This document shows positions 63,297 to 64,000 of a stretch of 64,000 bases of DNA, piece by piece. The DNA comes from a bacterium (GTDB taxonomy: Bacteria > UBA8248), in the NCBI GenBank assembly GCA_965202625.1, contig CBDBBI010000010.1, forward strand, positions 288,001 to 352,000, read 5' to 3'. Position 1 is the first letter of the stretch; every line of letters starts with the position of its first letter. Both the position numbers and the translations under genes were made by a program. Below the pieces are notes generated by a model that was given only the letters and a program-made list of their open reading frames with translations, searched no databases and was not told where the DNA came from.

Positions 63297-64000
63297 TTAA
63301 TGAGCATGGGCGGCCTCATGCCCATGGTCTTCATCGTGATCGTGTTCTTCAAGCGAGCCGGCGATGTATATCATGGTCAAGAGGGTGAAAACAAAGGCTT
63401 GAATGAAACTTCCGAAAATCACGAACATTTGCATCGCCCAGGGAAGGGGAAGAAAAATTTGCAGGCACAGTAGCATTAGAACACCGAGCACCAATTCTTC
63501 TCCCGTGATATTTCCGAAAAGGCGCAAGGTGAGCGATAGGGGACGACTGAGGTGAGAGATGATCTCAATGGGAATCATGAGCGGGGCCAGCCAGATGATG
63601 GGCCCCGTGAAATGCTTGAGATACGCCATTCCGTTTCTCTTGAGTCCGACGTAATGCGTTGCGAAAAAGACGGTGAGGGCACAGCCCACGTTGGTGTTCA
63701 AATTGCTCGTAGGCGCCATAAAACCGGGGAGAATACCGATGACGTTGCACAGAAAAATGTAGACGCCCAGCGTGAATACAAGGGGAAAGAAAGGCTTCCC
63801 CTCCTTGCCGAGCGGGCCTTCCATGAAGGCGGAGAAAGCGTCGAAAATGGCCTCGAACACGTTTTGCCCGCCAACAGGTATCTTGTGAAGCGCTTTGGTG
63901 ACGAGGAGCGCACTCCCGATGAGGAACAACATCACCAGCCAGCTGTACACGATGTTGGGGTAGGCGGATAGGCCGGGGAAGATGTCGAAATACAGAAACG
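63297..64000 (-). CDS. atpB: ATP synthase F0 subunit a (5' end outside the window)
   Basis: QNVFE, PTSNLN, RPLSLTLRLFGNI and IQAFVF..L..IY motifs; frame open towards the window edge. Confidence 0.96.
   Translation of the reverse strand, partial: FLYFDIFPGLSAYPNIVYSWLVMLFLIGSALLVTKALHKIPVGGQNVFEAIFDAFSAFMEGPLGKEGKPFFPLVFTLGVYIFLCNVIGILPGFMAPTSNLNTNVGCALTVFFATHYVGLKRNGMAYLKHFTGPIIWLAPLMIPIEIISHLSRPLSLTLRLFGNITGEELVLGVLMLLCLQIFLPLPWAMQMFVIFGSFIQAFVFTLLTMIYIAGSLEEHDHDEDHGHEAAHAH

Overview
GC-rich bacterial chromosomal segment, mostly housekeeping genes. The gene order resembles that of Desulfobacterota/Nitrospinota/Nitrospirota-type genomes (inference, not verified). The left half is mostly + strand: icd-mdh-(fumarase remnant)-sucCD-ndk-SDR, uvrA-truA, trpE-trpG-trpD-trpC, an accessory block (alpha/beta hydrolase, dead type II R-M pair, mandelate racemase-family enzyme), pheA-hisC-tyrA-cmk-rpsA-ihfB, miaA-aroK-aroC, a 2-hydroxyacid dehydrogenase, ilvE, a FmdB-type zinc ribbon protein, a cyclase, tRNA-Leu(CAA) and a DegT aminotransferase. 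The right half is - strand: atpB-atpE, tsaB, DUF465, nested ilvB-ilvB-ilvN-ilvN, psd-pssA, lptD, ugd-uxs, an MBL hydrolase, purB-C-S-Q-L-F, mltD, bamD, a group-2-like sigma factor, pgsA and plsY. Three signals are not resolved by the ORF track. (1) A complete classical trp attenuator (promoter, Trp-Pro-Trp leader peptide, pause, antiterminator and terminator hairpins), followed by a possible hairpin-split ribosome binding site for trpE. (2) An XcyI-like R-M pair in which both genes are frameshifted. (3) Five heavily eroded pseudogene loci in apparent intergenic gaps (class I fumarase, macrodomain, nadX, gmhA, rex), pointing to genome decay. I found no CRISPR array, integrase or transposase, and no clearly new multi-gene system. 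All family calls come from motif recognition, not database searches.
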